Source: Capsulimonadaceae bacterium (GTDB lineage Bacteria > Armatimonadota > Armatimonadia > Armatimonadales > Capsulimonadaceae). From it: a DNA stretch of 64,000 nt. The stretch covers positions 3,808,001 through 3,872,000 of the forward strand of contig OZ244065.1 of the NCBI GenBank assembly GCA_965215505.1. Reading direction: 5' to 3'. How positions within the stretch are numbered: the first letter of the stretch is position 1; every line of letters starts with the position of its first letter. Shown here one piece after another: positions 26,262-34,907 of this stretch. The notes under the pieces are model-generated. The model worked only from the letters and a program-made list of their open reading frames with translations, had not been told where the DNA came from and searched no databases. Made by a program: the position numbers and the translations under genes.

Positions 26262-26492
26262 TTAGGCTTCCAGTGTTCCCCGGTCGTAATACTTGCGCTC
26301 CCACTCGTGTTCGAAGCGGGGGTCTTCGGCGATGCCCAATCTTCCACAGAGGGTGCAATGATCTTCCGGGTCGGGCTTGCCGAACGCCTCATAAAAGTCA
26401 TCCAGGTCTTGTGGGTTGATGCCGGACACCTCATTGACGGTTTCACCGGCACCGGCACAGCCGGGTTCGCGGCAAACAATCGGGACAACCAT
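26262..26492 (-). CDS. Small acidic protein with CxxxxC and CxxC (putative Zn ribbon)
   Basis: AGGTG SD 5 nt before ATG; CREPGC...CTLC; lies in an AT-richer patch. Confidence 0.55.
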   Translation of the reverse strand: MVVPIVCREPGCAGAGETVNEVSGINPQDLDDFYEAFGKPDPEDHCTLCGRLGIAEDPRFEHEWERKYYDRGTLEA

Positions 26493-26605
26493 ACTTTCAC
26501 CTGACGATCATAACCGATGCCAGACGCGCTGCTGCGGGTCATTAACTGATGTTACGCGAGTGCTGTCACGGCGCTGGAGCCAGGCGGATGAGTACAGATG
26601 AGTTC

Positions 26606-26752
26606 GGACGAGTGATTGAAATCACTCGCTCCTCTCGGACCTGTCCAGGGGACAGAAGAGGGGAAAGACGAAAAGACCGTGACGGTGGCCTCTGCCGTTC
26701 TCTTGTCCCCTGGACAATTCCGGCGTCAGCGAGTGATTTCAATCACTCGTCC
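26606..26752. repeat. REPIN/MITE-like element, family A copy 2
   Basis: Perfect 25-bp inverted arms (GGACGAGTGATTGAAATCACTCGCT; 26606-26630 / 26728-26752); inner IR TGTCCAGGGGACA / TGTCCCCTGGACA; same architecture as 1625-1778. Confidence 0.88.
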
Positions 26753-26784
26753 TACTCGTCCTACTCCTCAACCGGCGCGTAACA

Positions 26785-27087
26785 TCAATCGTTGATCCAG
26801 AAGAACACTGCCCTGGTTTGTTCCGCCACGGCGTCTGTCAGGGGAACCGCATAGATCGGCGACGTGCGCTTTCAACTGTCGGCTCATCTCCTCGGCAGTG
26901 ATCCACCGTCCGGCGTCGTAATCCTTGACACTCTGGTCCAGGCCCGCCATCTTGGCTTGAAGCTCGGCTTCGGCTTCTTCCAGGTCGCGGTCAGCAGGGC
27001 GTTGGAAAGCTGCTCCGGGTCGAGGGCCAGTTTTTCGGCATACGCGCGGAGGCGCATCTCGGTGTCGGGCGTCAGCGTGACCGTCAT
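26785..27087 (-). pseudogene. Decayed type II toxin-antitoxin module (frameshifted ParD/CopG-like antitoxin plus ParE/RelE-like N-terminal stub)
   Basis: MTVTLTPDTEMRLRAYAEKLALDPEQLSNALLT continues in another frame as RDLEEAEAELQAKMAGLDQSVKDYDAGRWITAEE; it is followed by YAVPLTDAVAEQTRAVFFWIND* (26853-26785). Confidence 0.62.
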
Positions 27088-27092
27088 GATCG

Positions 27093-28181
27093 TTAGCCCT
27101 TCTTGTCGGCGAAGTCCTTGAGCAGTTCGGTCAGGGCCTTGACGCCCGCTTCGGGGAAGGCGTTGTAGATGGAGGCGCGGAAGCCGCCGACGCTGCGGTG
27201 GCCTTTCAGGTTGGTCATGCCGGCCTTCTTGAACTCGGCCAGCAGGTCCGGCTCTAGCGCCTCGTCGCGCAGCCGCCAGGTGACGTTCATCAGGGACCGG
27301 TCGCCCTTGCTGGTGACGGTGGGCTGGAAGAAGGGGGTCAGCAGGTCCAGGGTGTTGTAGAGGAGGGCGGCCTTGTGGCGGTTGCGGGCCTCGATGGCTT
27401 TCAGTCCGCCCTCGCCCTCGATCCACTTTAAAACCAGGCCGACGACGTAGATGGGGAAGCAGGGCGGCGTGTTGTAGAGCGAGCGGCTTTCCAGGAAGGT
27501 GCCGTAGGAGTAGATCTTGGGCAGGTCGGGGTTGGCTTCGGCCAGGAACGACTTGCGGGCGACGACGAGGGTGACGCCGGCGGGGCCGATATTCTTCTGC
27601 GCGCCGCCGTACATCAGGGCGAACTTCGTGTAGTCGCGTTCCAGGGCGAGGTAGTCCGAGGACATGTCGGCGACGAGCGGCGTGTCGCCGGTGTCGGGCA
27701 GGTCGAAGTACTCGGTGCCCTCGATGGTGTTGTTGGTGGTGATGTGGACGTAGCGCGCACCGGGAGTCCGGGTGAAGGTGCGGGGGATCTCGGCGTAGCC
27801 CTCGCCCTTGGAGGTGGCCGCCTCGCGGGCGTCGCCGTAGAACTTGGCTTCCTTCAAGGCCTTCGCGCCCCAGTCGCCGGAGACGACGTAGTCTGCGCTG
27901 AGGCCGGGTTTGAGGAAGTTCTGCGGCACCTGGGCGAACTGCTGGCTCGCGCCGCCGGACATGAACAGGGCGGCATACTCGGCGGGGTCCAGGCCCAGGA
28001 CGCGCAGCAGGCGGGCCTCGGCGTCGGCGTGGATGGCCTCGTAGTCCTTGCCCCGGTGGGAGACTTCCAGGACAGACATCCCCGAGCCGTTGATCTCGCG
28101 GACGCCTGCGGCGGCTTCTTCCAGGACGGGTTCGGGCAGGATGGCCGGCCCGGCGCTGAAGTTGTAGGTGCGGTGGCTCAT
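27093..28181 (-). CDS. serC: Phosphoserine aminotransferase
   Basis: YNFSAGPA, SVLEVSHR, NNTIEGT, DMSSD, GGAQKNIGPAG, YNTPP, GHRSVGGFRASIYNA. Confidence 0.97.
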   Translation of the reverse strand: MSHRTYNFSAGPAILPEPVLEEAAAGVREINGSGMSVLEVSHRGKDYEAIHADAEARLLRVLGLDPAEYAALFMSGGASQQFAQVPQNFLKPGLSADYVVSGDWGAKALKEAKFYGDAREAATSKGEGYAEIPRTFTRTPGARYVHITTNNTIEGTEYFDLPDTGDTPLVADMSSDYLALERDYTKFALMYGGAQKNIGPAGVTLVVARKSFLAEANPDLPKIYSYGTFLESRSLYNTPPCFPIYVVGLVLKWIEGEGGLKAIEARNRHKAALLYNTLDLLTPFFQPTVTSKGDRSLMNVTWRLRDEALEPDLLAEFKKAGMTNLKGHRSVGGFRASIYNAFPEAGVKALTELLKDFADKKG

Positions 28182-28372
28182 TGTCTGGTCTCGTTTCTAA
28201 CTCGTTCGCGTTTGTGTGTTCGCCGTTGAACTCGCTGCCGTGGGGAGGTTCGTCAAAAGCGCCCTCAGTGTACCCGAAAGGCGGGGGGGGTGGCAAGGGG
28301 GCGGGTCGGGGGATGGAGGATGGAGGGCGGGAAGAGGGCGCGGCAGGATTAGGAGGGCGCGGATCAGGAAGG

Positions 28373-28497
28373 AGGGCGCGGCAAGCGGCGCCCCTACGAT
28401 GACCGGAGGGAATCGTCATAAGCCCCGAAGCGGGTGGCCCACCGGCGAAGCCGGGAGTACCCCAATAAAATCCTAGACCGGCCATTCATGGCCGGTT
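28373..28497. repeat. GTAG REP (28373-28397) plus right half of a family B element (28417-28497)
   Basis: AGGGCGCGGCAAGCGGCGCCCCTAC, then AGCCCCGAAGCGGGTGGCCCACCGGCGAAGCCGGG...AGACCGGCCATTCATGGCCGG; inverted homolog at 30669-30730. Confidence 0.72.
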
Positions 28498-28509
28498 TCT
28501 TGCTGGGGC

Positions 28510-28983
28510 TTACAGGATCGTCGCCACATAGCGCCGCGAGGCTGGGTCCAGGGCCTCGGTGTCGGTGATCTCGAAGCGGTTGCCGTCCACGTCCAGCAGC
28601 AGGAGGTGGGTGGGGGAGAGCCAGACGGCGTTCTCCTGGAGGTTCTGGGTCACGAATTCCCGGTCGCCCCGGTCGGTCTGGACGCTCCAATAGGTCGCCC
28701 CGAACTCCTGTTTGGCGCTCACGATGGCCCGGACGGCGGCGGTCAAATAGCGCCGCCGCAGCTCCTCCTGGGCGGCCTCTAAAGAGGCGGGCGGCAGGAC
28801 GTTGGGGTCGGGGAGGGTGACGATCTCCGCCCCTTTGCCGTCGAGCAGGGCGAGGTACTGGCCGGGCCGGGACAGCGGCGCGGCCCAGGCCGGCTTGACG
28901 GTGTGGTAGGATTTCTCGTCCCCGACGGTCAGCCGCAGGCGGTCCTTGGGGTGGTAGAACAGGTTCAGCGATTTGGGGTCCAT
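28510..28983 (-). CDS. DUF1854 domain protein
   Basis: VKPAWAAPLSRPGQYLALLD...EELRRRYL...FGATYWSVQTDRG...LLLDVDGNRF...LDPASRR; AAGAAGG SD. Confidence 0.8.
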   Translation of the reverse strand: MDPKSLNLFYHPKDRLRLTVGDEKSYHTVKPAWAAPLSRPGQYLALLDGKGAEIVTLPDPNVLPPASLEAAQEELRRRYLTAAVRAIVSAKQEFGATYWSVQTDRGDREFVTQNLQENAVWLSPTHLLLLDVDGNRFEITDTEALDPASRRYVATIL

Positions 28984-28997
28984 GGGTGCCTTCTTGT

Positions 28998-29438
28998 CTA
29001 GATGATGTCGGCCCGGCCGTCGTAGGCGGCGCGGGAGGACAGGATCAATCCCCGATGATCTTCCGCCCACTGGGCGAGGGCGGCCAGCGGCCCGATGAGG
29101 GTCCGGCCTAGGGCGGTCAGCTCATACTCGACGCGCACCGGCACGGAGGGGTAGACCGTCCTCTCGACCAGCCCGTCGCGCTCTAGCTGCCGCAGAGTGT
29201 GCGTCAGCATCCTCTGGGAGATGCCCTCGATGGAGCGGCGCAGGTTGCTGAAACGCATCCGGCCGTCTTTGAGCAGGACGACCACCAGCACGCTCCACTT
29301 GTCGCCGACCCGGTCCAAGATGTCCCGCAGGGGGCACCCCTTGCCGCCCTCGGACGGCGTCTTGGGCGCAGAAGGGGCTGCCTGGACGGGCAGCGAATGG
29401 ATTATCTTCCGGTTCTTGCTGGTCGTAATCACTTGCAA
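28998..29438 (-). CDS. HxlR-family winged-helix transcriptional regulator (QorR/YtfH-like)
   Basis: CP...LDRVGDKWS, RFSxL, GISQRMLTHTLRQLERDGLV, VEYELTALG; divergent from an NmrA-like oxidoreductase. Confidence 0.92.
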   Translation of the reverse strand: MQVITTSKNRKIIHSLPVQAAPSAPKTPSEGGKGCPLRDILDRVGDKWSVLVVVLLKDGRMRFSNLRRSIEGISQRMLTHTLRQLERDGLVERTVYPSVPVRVEYELTALGRTLIGPLAALAQWAEDHRGLILSSRAAYDGRADII

Positions 29439-29448
29439 TGCTCCCTTC

Positions 29449-29533
29449 GGTTACTCCTAAGTAACCTTGTGACTTGAAAGTGCCGTCTTGACGGCGACTC
29501 GCCTAGAGTGTACCATGGTTACAAGAAGTTACC
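29449..29533. promoter_or_regulatory. Divergent control region: putative HxlR operators and sigma70 promoter for qorB
   Basis: Palindrome GGTTAC-N6-GTAACC (29449-29466); TTGACG (29488-29493), 17 nt, TACCAT (29511-29516); second box GGTTAC-N5-GTTACC (29517-29533) over the predicted start site. Confidence 0.65.
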
Positions 29534-29575
29534 AACTTCTTGTTAGGAACTGACTCGACACTACGCGGTCCCTGC

Positions 29576-29706
29576 CGAGTGGTTGAAAACCACTCGCTAG
29601 GCCAGGTGTCCTTCGGACAAAAGGCGGCGGACAGAGGGCAGCGGACACGAGCCATCTCTCCTCGTCCGCAGGACGCTTCTCCTAGCGAGCGGTTTTCAAC
29701 CGCTCG
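29576..29706. repeat. Family A-related REPIN-like element in the qorB 5' leader
   Basis: Arms CGAGTGGTTGAAAACCACTCGCTAGG (29576-29601) and CCTAGCGAGCGGTTTTCAACCGCTCG (29681-29706) are inverted, with a compensatory base-pair change. Confidence 0.8.
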
Positions 29707-29756
29707 TCCGGGGCCGCATGACATCGAGACCTGAACCACAGTATGGAGGCAACACA

Positions 29757-30611
29757 ATGATCGTCGTCACCGGAGCCACAGGCAATCTTGGCCGTCTTGT
29801 CATCGCGGGGCTGCTGAAAATAGTCCCGGCCTCAGGGATCGTCGCAGCCGTGCGGACTCCCGAGAAGGCCGCAGACCTCGCCTCCCTCGGGGTGCAGGTG
29901 CGGCAGGCGGACTATTCGCAGCCCGAAACACTGCACTCGGCCCTGGCCGGGGCGGACAAGGTGCTGCTCATCTCGTCCAGCGAGTTCACCGGGACGGGAC
30001 CCCAGCACCGGGCCGTCATCAAGGCCGCCAAAGGCGTGGGGGCGAAACTGCTGGCCTATACCAGTATCCTGCGCGCCGACACGTCGGCGCTGACGCTCTC
30101 CGAGAAACACAAAGAAACCGAGGAGAACATCCGGGCCTCCGGCCTGCCCTTCGTCTTCCTCCGCAACGGGTGGTACTTCGAGAACCAGACCGGCGCGCTC
30201 GGTCCCGCTTTGCAGCACGGGGCCATCCTTGGGGCGGCGGGCGAAGGGCGCTTCGCCTCGGCAGCGCGCGCGGATTACGCGGCGGCGGCGGTCGCCGTGC
30301 TGACGAGTCCGGGCCACGAGAATAAAGCCTATGAGCTGGCCGGCGACTTCCCGTACACGCTGGCCGAGCTGGCGGCCGAGGTTTCCAAGCAGGCCGGGAA
30401 GCCGGTGGCTTACAACAACCTGCCGCCGGAGGGTTATCAGGCCGCCTTGGAAAGCTTCGGTCTGCCCGCCATGATGGCCGCCTACCTCGTGGACGCGGAG
30501 GTCTGCGCGGCGCGGGGCGAGCTGGACGACGCCTCCGGCGATCTGCACAAGCTGATCGGGCGGCCCACCGCCACGCTGGCGGACGCGGTGGCGGCGGCGC
30601 TGAAGGCGTAG
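29757..30611 (+). CDS. qorB: NAD(P)H:quinone oxidoreductase, NmrA/atypical SDR family (QorB/YtfG-like)
   Basis: MIVVTGATGNLG, ADY, LLISS, AYTS, LRNGWYxEN, RADYAAAA; GGAGG SD. Confidence 0.88.
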   Translation: MIVVTGATGNLGRLVIAGLLKIVPASGIVAAVRTPEKAADLASLGVQVRQADYSQPETLHSALAGADKVLLISSSEFTGTGPQHRAVIKAAKGVGAKLLAYTSILRADTSALTLSEKHKETEENIRASGLPFVFLRNGWYFENQTGALGPALQHGAILGAAGEGRFASAARADYAAAAVAVLTSPGHENKAYELAGDFPYTLAELAAEVSKQAGKPVAYNNLPPEGYQAALESFGLPAMMAAYLVDAEVCAARGELDDASGDLHKLIGRPTATLADAVAAALKA

Positions 30612-30668
30612 GAGCCGACGGAGGGAGCAGGCCCGTAGCGCACCCGGCGCGTATGCGGGCGCGTCGGT

Positions 30669-30758
30669 CCCGGCCGTGAAGGGCTGGTCTGTTCCCGGCT
30701 CCGCCGGTGGGCCGCCCCTTCGGGGCTATGGAAAGGGCGCGATGAATCGCGCCCCTAC
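30669..30758. repeat. Left half of a family B element plus GTAG REP (30734-30758)
   Basis: CCGGCCGTGAAGGGCTGGTCT...CCCGGCTCCGCCGGTGGGCCGCCCCTTCGGGGCT is a reverse-complement homolog of 28417-28497; then AGGGCGCGATGAATCGCGCCCCTAC. Confidence 0.7.
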
Positions 30759-30771
30759 ATGGCGGCGGCTT

Positions 30772-32178
30772 TCACCGCCGGGGGCGATGGTCCGGGCGGC
30801 GGGCGGGCGGCGGGCCATAGGCCTTCTGGAAGCGGCGGATGAACTCCTCGCTGGCCTGGGCGTGGTTCACCATCGGGCGCGGGTACTTCGGGGTGTCCAG
30901 TTCCGGTATCCAGCGGCGGCAGTAGGCCATGTCGGGGTCGTAGCGCCGCTGCTGGGCGATGGGGCTGAAGACCCGGAAGTTGCCGTTTGGGTCGGGCGCG
31001 GTCCCGGCCACCCACTGCCAGCCGCCGTAGTTCGCGGCCCAGTCACCGTCCACCAGCCCCTGCATGTAGTACTCGGCCCCGAGCCGCCAGTCGAGCAGGA
31101 GGTCTTTGCACAGGAACGAGGCCGCCACCTGCCGGGTCCGGTTGTGCATCCAGCCCGTCGCCAGCATCTGCCGGATGCCTGCGTCCACATAGGGGTAGCC
31201 GGTCGTCCCGCTCTTCCACCGCTCCAGGTACTCGTCGTTCTGGTCGAAGCGCATGGCCGCCAACGCGGGCTGGATGGCCTTCTTCAGCATGGTCGGGTGG
31301 TGCCAGAGCATGGCATTGAAAAAGTCCCGCCAGCCCAATTCGTCCTGCCACTTGCGCCCACCCGCGCCGCCGACGTCGTCCGCCGCGCGCCAGCAGTCCC
31401 GGACGGAGATCGTGCCGTATTTCAGATGCACCGACAGGGCGGACGTGCTGGCCGCGTCGGAAGTGTCGTCCCGGTTGTCCGCATACAGGTGTAGGCTGCG
31501 CCGGGCGAACTCCGCTAAGGAAGACTGCGCCGCCCCCTCGCCCGCTGCGGGGATGTCTTGCGTCAGGTGCAGCCCGTAGTCTTCCATCCGGGGCAGGGTG
31601 GCCGAGGGCAGGGGGGCGTCCAGGCGCAGGCTTGCCGCGACTCCGTCCATGTCCAAGGGCTTGCCGACGCGCAGGCGCGTCTCCCAAACCCGTTTGAAGG
31701 ACGTGTAGGTCTTGAACGGCTCGCCGTCGCGCGGGTCCACGATGCCCTGCGGCGCGGCCAGCAGGGCGTCGTCGAAGGCATGCACGGACAGCCCGGCGGC
31801 CTCCATCATCGCCGTCACGCGCTCGTCGCGCTCCGTGCTGTAGGGCGTATAATCGCGGTTGAAGTACAGGGCCGACGCGCCCGCCTCGGCGGCCAGCGTC
31901 CGCAGTTCCCGCTCGGGCGGCCCGCCCCGGCGCAGGACGAGCTGGCCGCCGCGCCGGCGGAACTCCTCGGCCAGCACGTCGAGCGACCGGAACAGGAAGG
32001 CGACGCGGGCCGCGCCGATGTCCCTGGCCTTCAAAATGGCGTCGTCCAGCACGAACACGCCGATGACGCGGGCGTTCTCGCGCAGGGCGCGGTACAGGGC
32101 GGTGTTGTCTTGCAGGCGCAGGTCACGCCGGAACCACATCAGGGCGGTGGTCTGGTTAGTAGTCGAAGTCGTTGCCAC
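30772..32178 (-). CDS. phrB: Deoxyribodipyrimidine photolyase / cryptochrome family
   Basis: WFRRDLRLQDN, SxLSVHLKYGTIS, ELGWRDF, TGYPYVDAGIRQ, GWMHNRTR, DGDWAANYGGWQW, RWIPEL. Confidence 0.92.
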   Translation of the reverse strand: MATTSTTNQTTALMWFRRDLRLQDNTALYRALRENARVIGVFVLDDAILKARDIGAARVAFLFRSLDVLAEEFRRRGGQLVLRRGGPPERELRTLAAEAGASALYFNRDYTPYSTERDERVTAMMEAAGLSVHAFDDALLAAPQGIVDPRDGEPFKTYTSFKRVWETRLRVGKPLDMDGVAASLRLDAPLPSATLPRMEDYGLHLTQDIPAAGEGAAQSSLAEFARRSLHLYADNRDDTSDAASTSALSVHLKYGTISVRDCWRAADDVGGAGGRKWQDELGWRDFFNAMLWHHPTMLKKAIQPALAAMRFDQNDEYLERWKSGTTGYPYVDAGIRQMLATGWMHNRTRQVAASFLCKDLLLDWRLGAEYYMQGLVDGDWAANYGGWQWVAGTAPDPNGNFRVFSPIAQQRRYDPDMAYCRRWIPELDTPKYPRPMVNHAQASEEFIRRFQKAYGPPPARRPDHRPRR

Positions 32179-32251
32179 GTTTGGTTGTCGGTTCTAAGCG
32201 GCGCGGGGCCGCGTGGTGGTCTTGTCAAGTAGTGTCTTCGCGGTGTCGGAA

Positions 32252-32312
32252 ACCATGCCATGAATGGCACGGCTATACGGCCTTCGGCCAGAAAGCACCG
32301 CTCCGCGGGGCT
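32252..32312. repeat. Left half of a family B element
   Basis: ACCATGCCATGAATGGCACGGCTATACGGCCTTCGGCC...CCGCTCCGCGG, closely matching 12181-12256. Confidence 0.75.
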
Positions 32313-32331
32313 AAGAAAGGGACAATCCTGT

Positions 32332-32934
32332 TCAAAGCACCCCGAACGCCTCCTGGTATCTTTCCCAAATCGCCGCCTCATGGCGCAGGGCATACGCCTC
32401 GGCATAGGATTCGCCCCGGCTGGCGCGGGCCTTGGATTTGGTCGTCATCCGGTCGTGGTGGTGGCCGAGTTCGTGCAGCAGGATGTGGAGCAGTTGGTAG
32501 GCCCGCGCCTGCGGCTCGGTGAACTCGCACATCACGCCGTTCTCGATGGGATGGCTGCGGACTCCCAGGCGGTCGAAGAGCGCCTTATGATCCTCGTAAT
32601 GGCTCGTGGCATAGTCCACCCACAGGTCGTCCTCCCAGGCGCAGATGTGGACGACGCCGGGTTCATGCCAGCCGTTTGTCGTCCGCTCGCCCGGAGCCAG
32701 CACGATGGCGTTGAGGCCGCGCGACAGCTCTCCCCATTCAGGCAGCAGGGCGATGAAGGTTTCGATGTCGCGCTGCATCAGGAGGTGCCGGTAGCCCTTG
32801 CCGGGCCGCTGGCGGTCGATCACCAGGGCGGGCGGGGGCGTGTCGTAGTAGGAGGGAGATGTCTCCGGGTTGTTCTTCTTCTGGACCTGGCCGCCGACGA
32901 CTTTCGGGGTGGCCTTGCGGTTGATGTGTCTCAT
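32332..32934 (-). CDS. Hypothetical protein with HExxH (zincin-like) motif
   Basis: ILLHELGHHHD followed by GESYAE; start at ATG 32934. Confidence 0.7.
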   Translation of the reverse strand: MRHINRKATPKVVGGQVQKKNNPETSPSYYDTPPPALVIDRQRPGKGYRHLLMQRDIETFIALLPEWGELSRGLNAIVLAPGERTTNGWHEPGVVHICAWEDDLWVDYATSHYEDHKALFDRLGVRSHPIENGVMCEFTEPQARAYQLLHILLHELGHHHDRMTTKSKARASRGESYAEAYALRHEAAIWERYQEAFGVL

Positions 32935-32961
32935 GGGTTGATCCCTGGACGGAACGGATGG

Positions 32962-33164
32962 CACTGGGCTGAACCCCCGTGCTGTAGAAGTGCAAGCCCC
33001 CGCCTTTCACTCCGCTACGGAGCGCAGCGACTAGGAGGCGCGGGCGAGGATTCAGGAGGGCGCGGCCCCATAAGAGGGCGCGGCAAGCGGTGCCCCTACG
33101 GTTCCTTCCGATGCCCGCGAAGGCGGGGATTTGCTCTACCGAAGCCCAGGGGTTCAGCCCTGGG
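32962..33164. repeat. Family C REPIN-like element with nested GTAG REP (33075-33099)
   Basis: Left end GGGCTGAACCCCCGTGCT, right end AGCCCAGGGGTTCAGCCCTGGG; inverted homolog of 45178-45388. Confidence 0.85.
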
Positions 33165-33897
33165 TATCTTTCTGCCCCAGCGCCTCCAGTACCCACCGCG
33201 CCCGCCGCCGGACGGCCCCGTCCTCCCGCGCCAGCAGCATCAGAGCCGGCAGATCGTCATTCAAGGACCGGGCGCTGGGCCATGCCCGTGTCAGCCGCCG
33301 ATTGAGTTGTTCCCGGAGTTCGGGCGAGTCCACTTTGCGCGCCAGTCGGCAATAAGCCCTGAACTCGCGCCCGTCGCGCTGGTCCACCATGTTCAGAACG
33401 ACGGTCTGCAAACGCCCGACCAACTTTGGAGGCAAGTCGAGCCGGTTGATGGCGGGAATGATATCCTCTTTGGCGTAGCCAGAGCCATAAAAAATGGGGT
33501 CTGCTTCCAAGAAAGCGACCGCAGATTCCAAGTATGTCCGGTCGCCACCGCACAAAAGCTCCATGCCCTGCCAGAAGTCCCAATCATACCGGGCCACTTC
33601 TGCCGGGATGATCTCCCGCGAGAAGTACTGCGCGGGAAGTGTGACATGCGCTTTGTAGAGCGTATACTTCTGCCGGACTGCCTCCACCCAATCTTGCCAG
33701 CCTTGGGGCGTGTCAAAGCGCAAAGGCCGTGTTTCCGTGACACGCCTGTGGGCCGCATTCAGTTCTTGACTGATGGCTTTGATCTCGGCGACAGTCGGCT
33801 CCGGCCTCTGGAACAGAGGCGGGCCTTTCGATTCCGGCTCATGCTTCGGCTTTGACGCCTCAGTCCCAGGTACTTTGCGTCTGTTGTGCGCTTTCAC
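33154..33897 (-). CDS. Hypothetical helical protein
   Basis: GTG start overlaps the upstream GNAT stop (GTGA); core AVAFLEADPIFYGSGYAKE...REFRAYCRLARKV; AT-richer than neighbours; stop codon lies inside the family C repeat. Confidence 0.7.
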   Translation of the reverse strand: MKAHNRRKVPGTEASKPKHEPESKGPPLFQRPEPTVAEIKAISQELNAAHRRVTETRPLRFDTPQGWQDWVEAVRQKYTLYKAHVTLPAQYFSREIIPAEVARYDWDFWQGMELLCGGDRTYLESAVAFLEADPIFYGSGYAKEDIIPAINRLDLPPKLVGRLQTVVLNMVDQRDGREFRAYCRLARKVDSPELREQLNRRLTRAWPSARSLNDDLPALMLLAREDGAVRRRARWVLEALGQKDTQG

Positions 33898-34898
33898 CCG
33901 TCCGCGTCCATCACCTTGTTGTAGCTCACCATCGTCGGCTCGGGCTGGAAGCCGAACTTGCGGTTGATGGCGAGCATCGGGGCGTTGTCCTCGTGGTTCT
34001 CGGTCGTCATGATCGTCACGCCCGCCTCGCGGGCCTTCTCGTAGGCGACCACCTTCAGGGCCGTCGCCAGCCCGTGGCCCCGGTGCCCCTTGACCACGCC
34101 GGTCAGCCACTGCATGCCGACGTGGGGAGTCTCGGCCTTGGGGGCGACGTGGCACTCGCCCACCCACTCGCCGTTGACCTCGGCCAGCAGGACCAGTTCC
34201 GGCTTCCACTCGGGGCGCTCGACGACGAACTTGCGCCAGTCCTCGAACGGCTCCATCGTGAACGGCTGCTCGTCGCGGCGCGGGATGTCATAAATTAACG
34301 GCACCTCCAGGTCGTAGTAGCGGCGTAGGTTCGCCTCCGTCTCGCCCGCCTCGGCCAGCGTGAAGAGGCGCGCGCCGTAGGCTTCCGCCTGGGCGACGGA
34401 CGGCAGGAAGGGGGTGGGGTCCCAGCGGGTCAGGTCCAGGAAGGAGGGCGTCTCGCGCTCCTGCTCGGCGAAGCCGCGCGCCTGCAAGAAGGCGATGGCC
34501 GGCTCCTCGGGGGTCCACTCGCGGAACGAGGTCACCATGCGCTTCGCGCCGCGCTGGCGGGCGAAGTCCACGGCCTTCTCGTAGAGCATCCCGCCGATGC
34601 CTCGCCGACGGGACTCGTGGGCGACGGAGATCGAGAAGTCGCAGACGTCCTTCATCTTGAACCCGGTCGTGTTCAGGTCGCTGGCATCCAGGTAGGCGAG
34701 GGCCTGGTCGGTTCCGGGGTCGGGGACGACGAGCCGGATGTCCACCTGCTCGGGCTTGCGCTGCTTGTCGCGCCGCGCCCAGGCGGCGACGGTGCCCTGC
34801 CGGTGCGGGGGGCGGTCGCGGTTGCCGATGGCGAGGATGGCCTCGCGGTCTTCGGGGCGGAACGGGCGTGTCTCGAACTTGGCATCGAACTCGGGCAT
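33894..34898 (-). CDS. Tandem-domain GNAT N-acetyltransferase
   Basis: Two acetyl-CoA motifs (RRRGIGG; TGVVKGHRGHGLATALK) and TENHEDNAPMLAINRKFGF; GGAG SD. Confidence 0.9.
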   Translation of the reverse strand: MPEFDAKFETRPFRPEDREAILAIGNRDRPPHRQGTVAAWARRDKQRKPEQVDIRLVVPDPGTDQALAYLDASDLNTTGFKMKDVCDFSISVAHESRRRGIGGMLYEKAVDFARQRGAKRMVTSFREWTPEEPAIAFLQARGFAEQERETPSFLDLTRWDPTPFLPSVAQAEAYGARLFTLAEAGETEANLRRYYDLEVPLIYDIPRRDEQPFTMEPFEDWRKFVVERPEWKPELVLLAEVNGEWVGECHVAPKAETPHVGMQWLTGVVKGHRGHGLATALKVVAYEKAREAGVTIMTTENHEDNAPMLAINRKFGFQPEPTMVSYNKVMDADG

Positions 34899-34907
34899 GG
34901 GTGTCTC

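Noticed and set aside
28417-30730. Composite transposon formed by inverted family B halves around DUF1854-hxlR-qorB
   Set aside because: The terminal hairpins face inward, so these look like two independent half elements; no target duplication or transposase.
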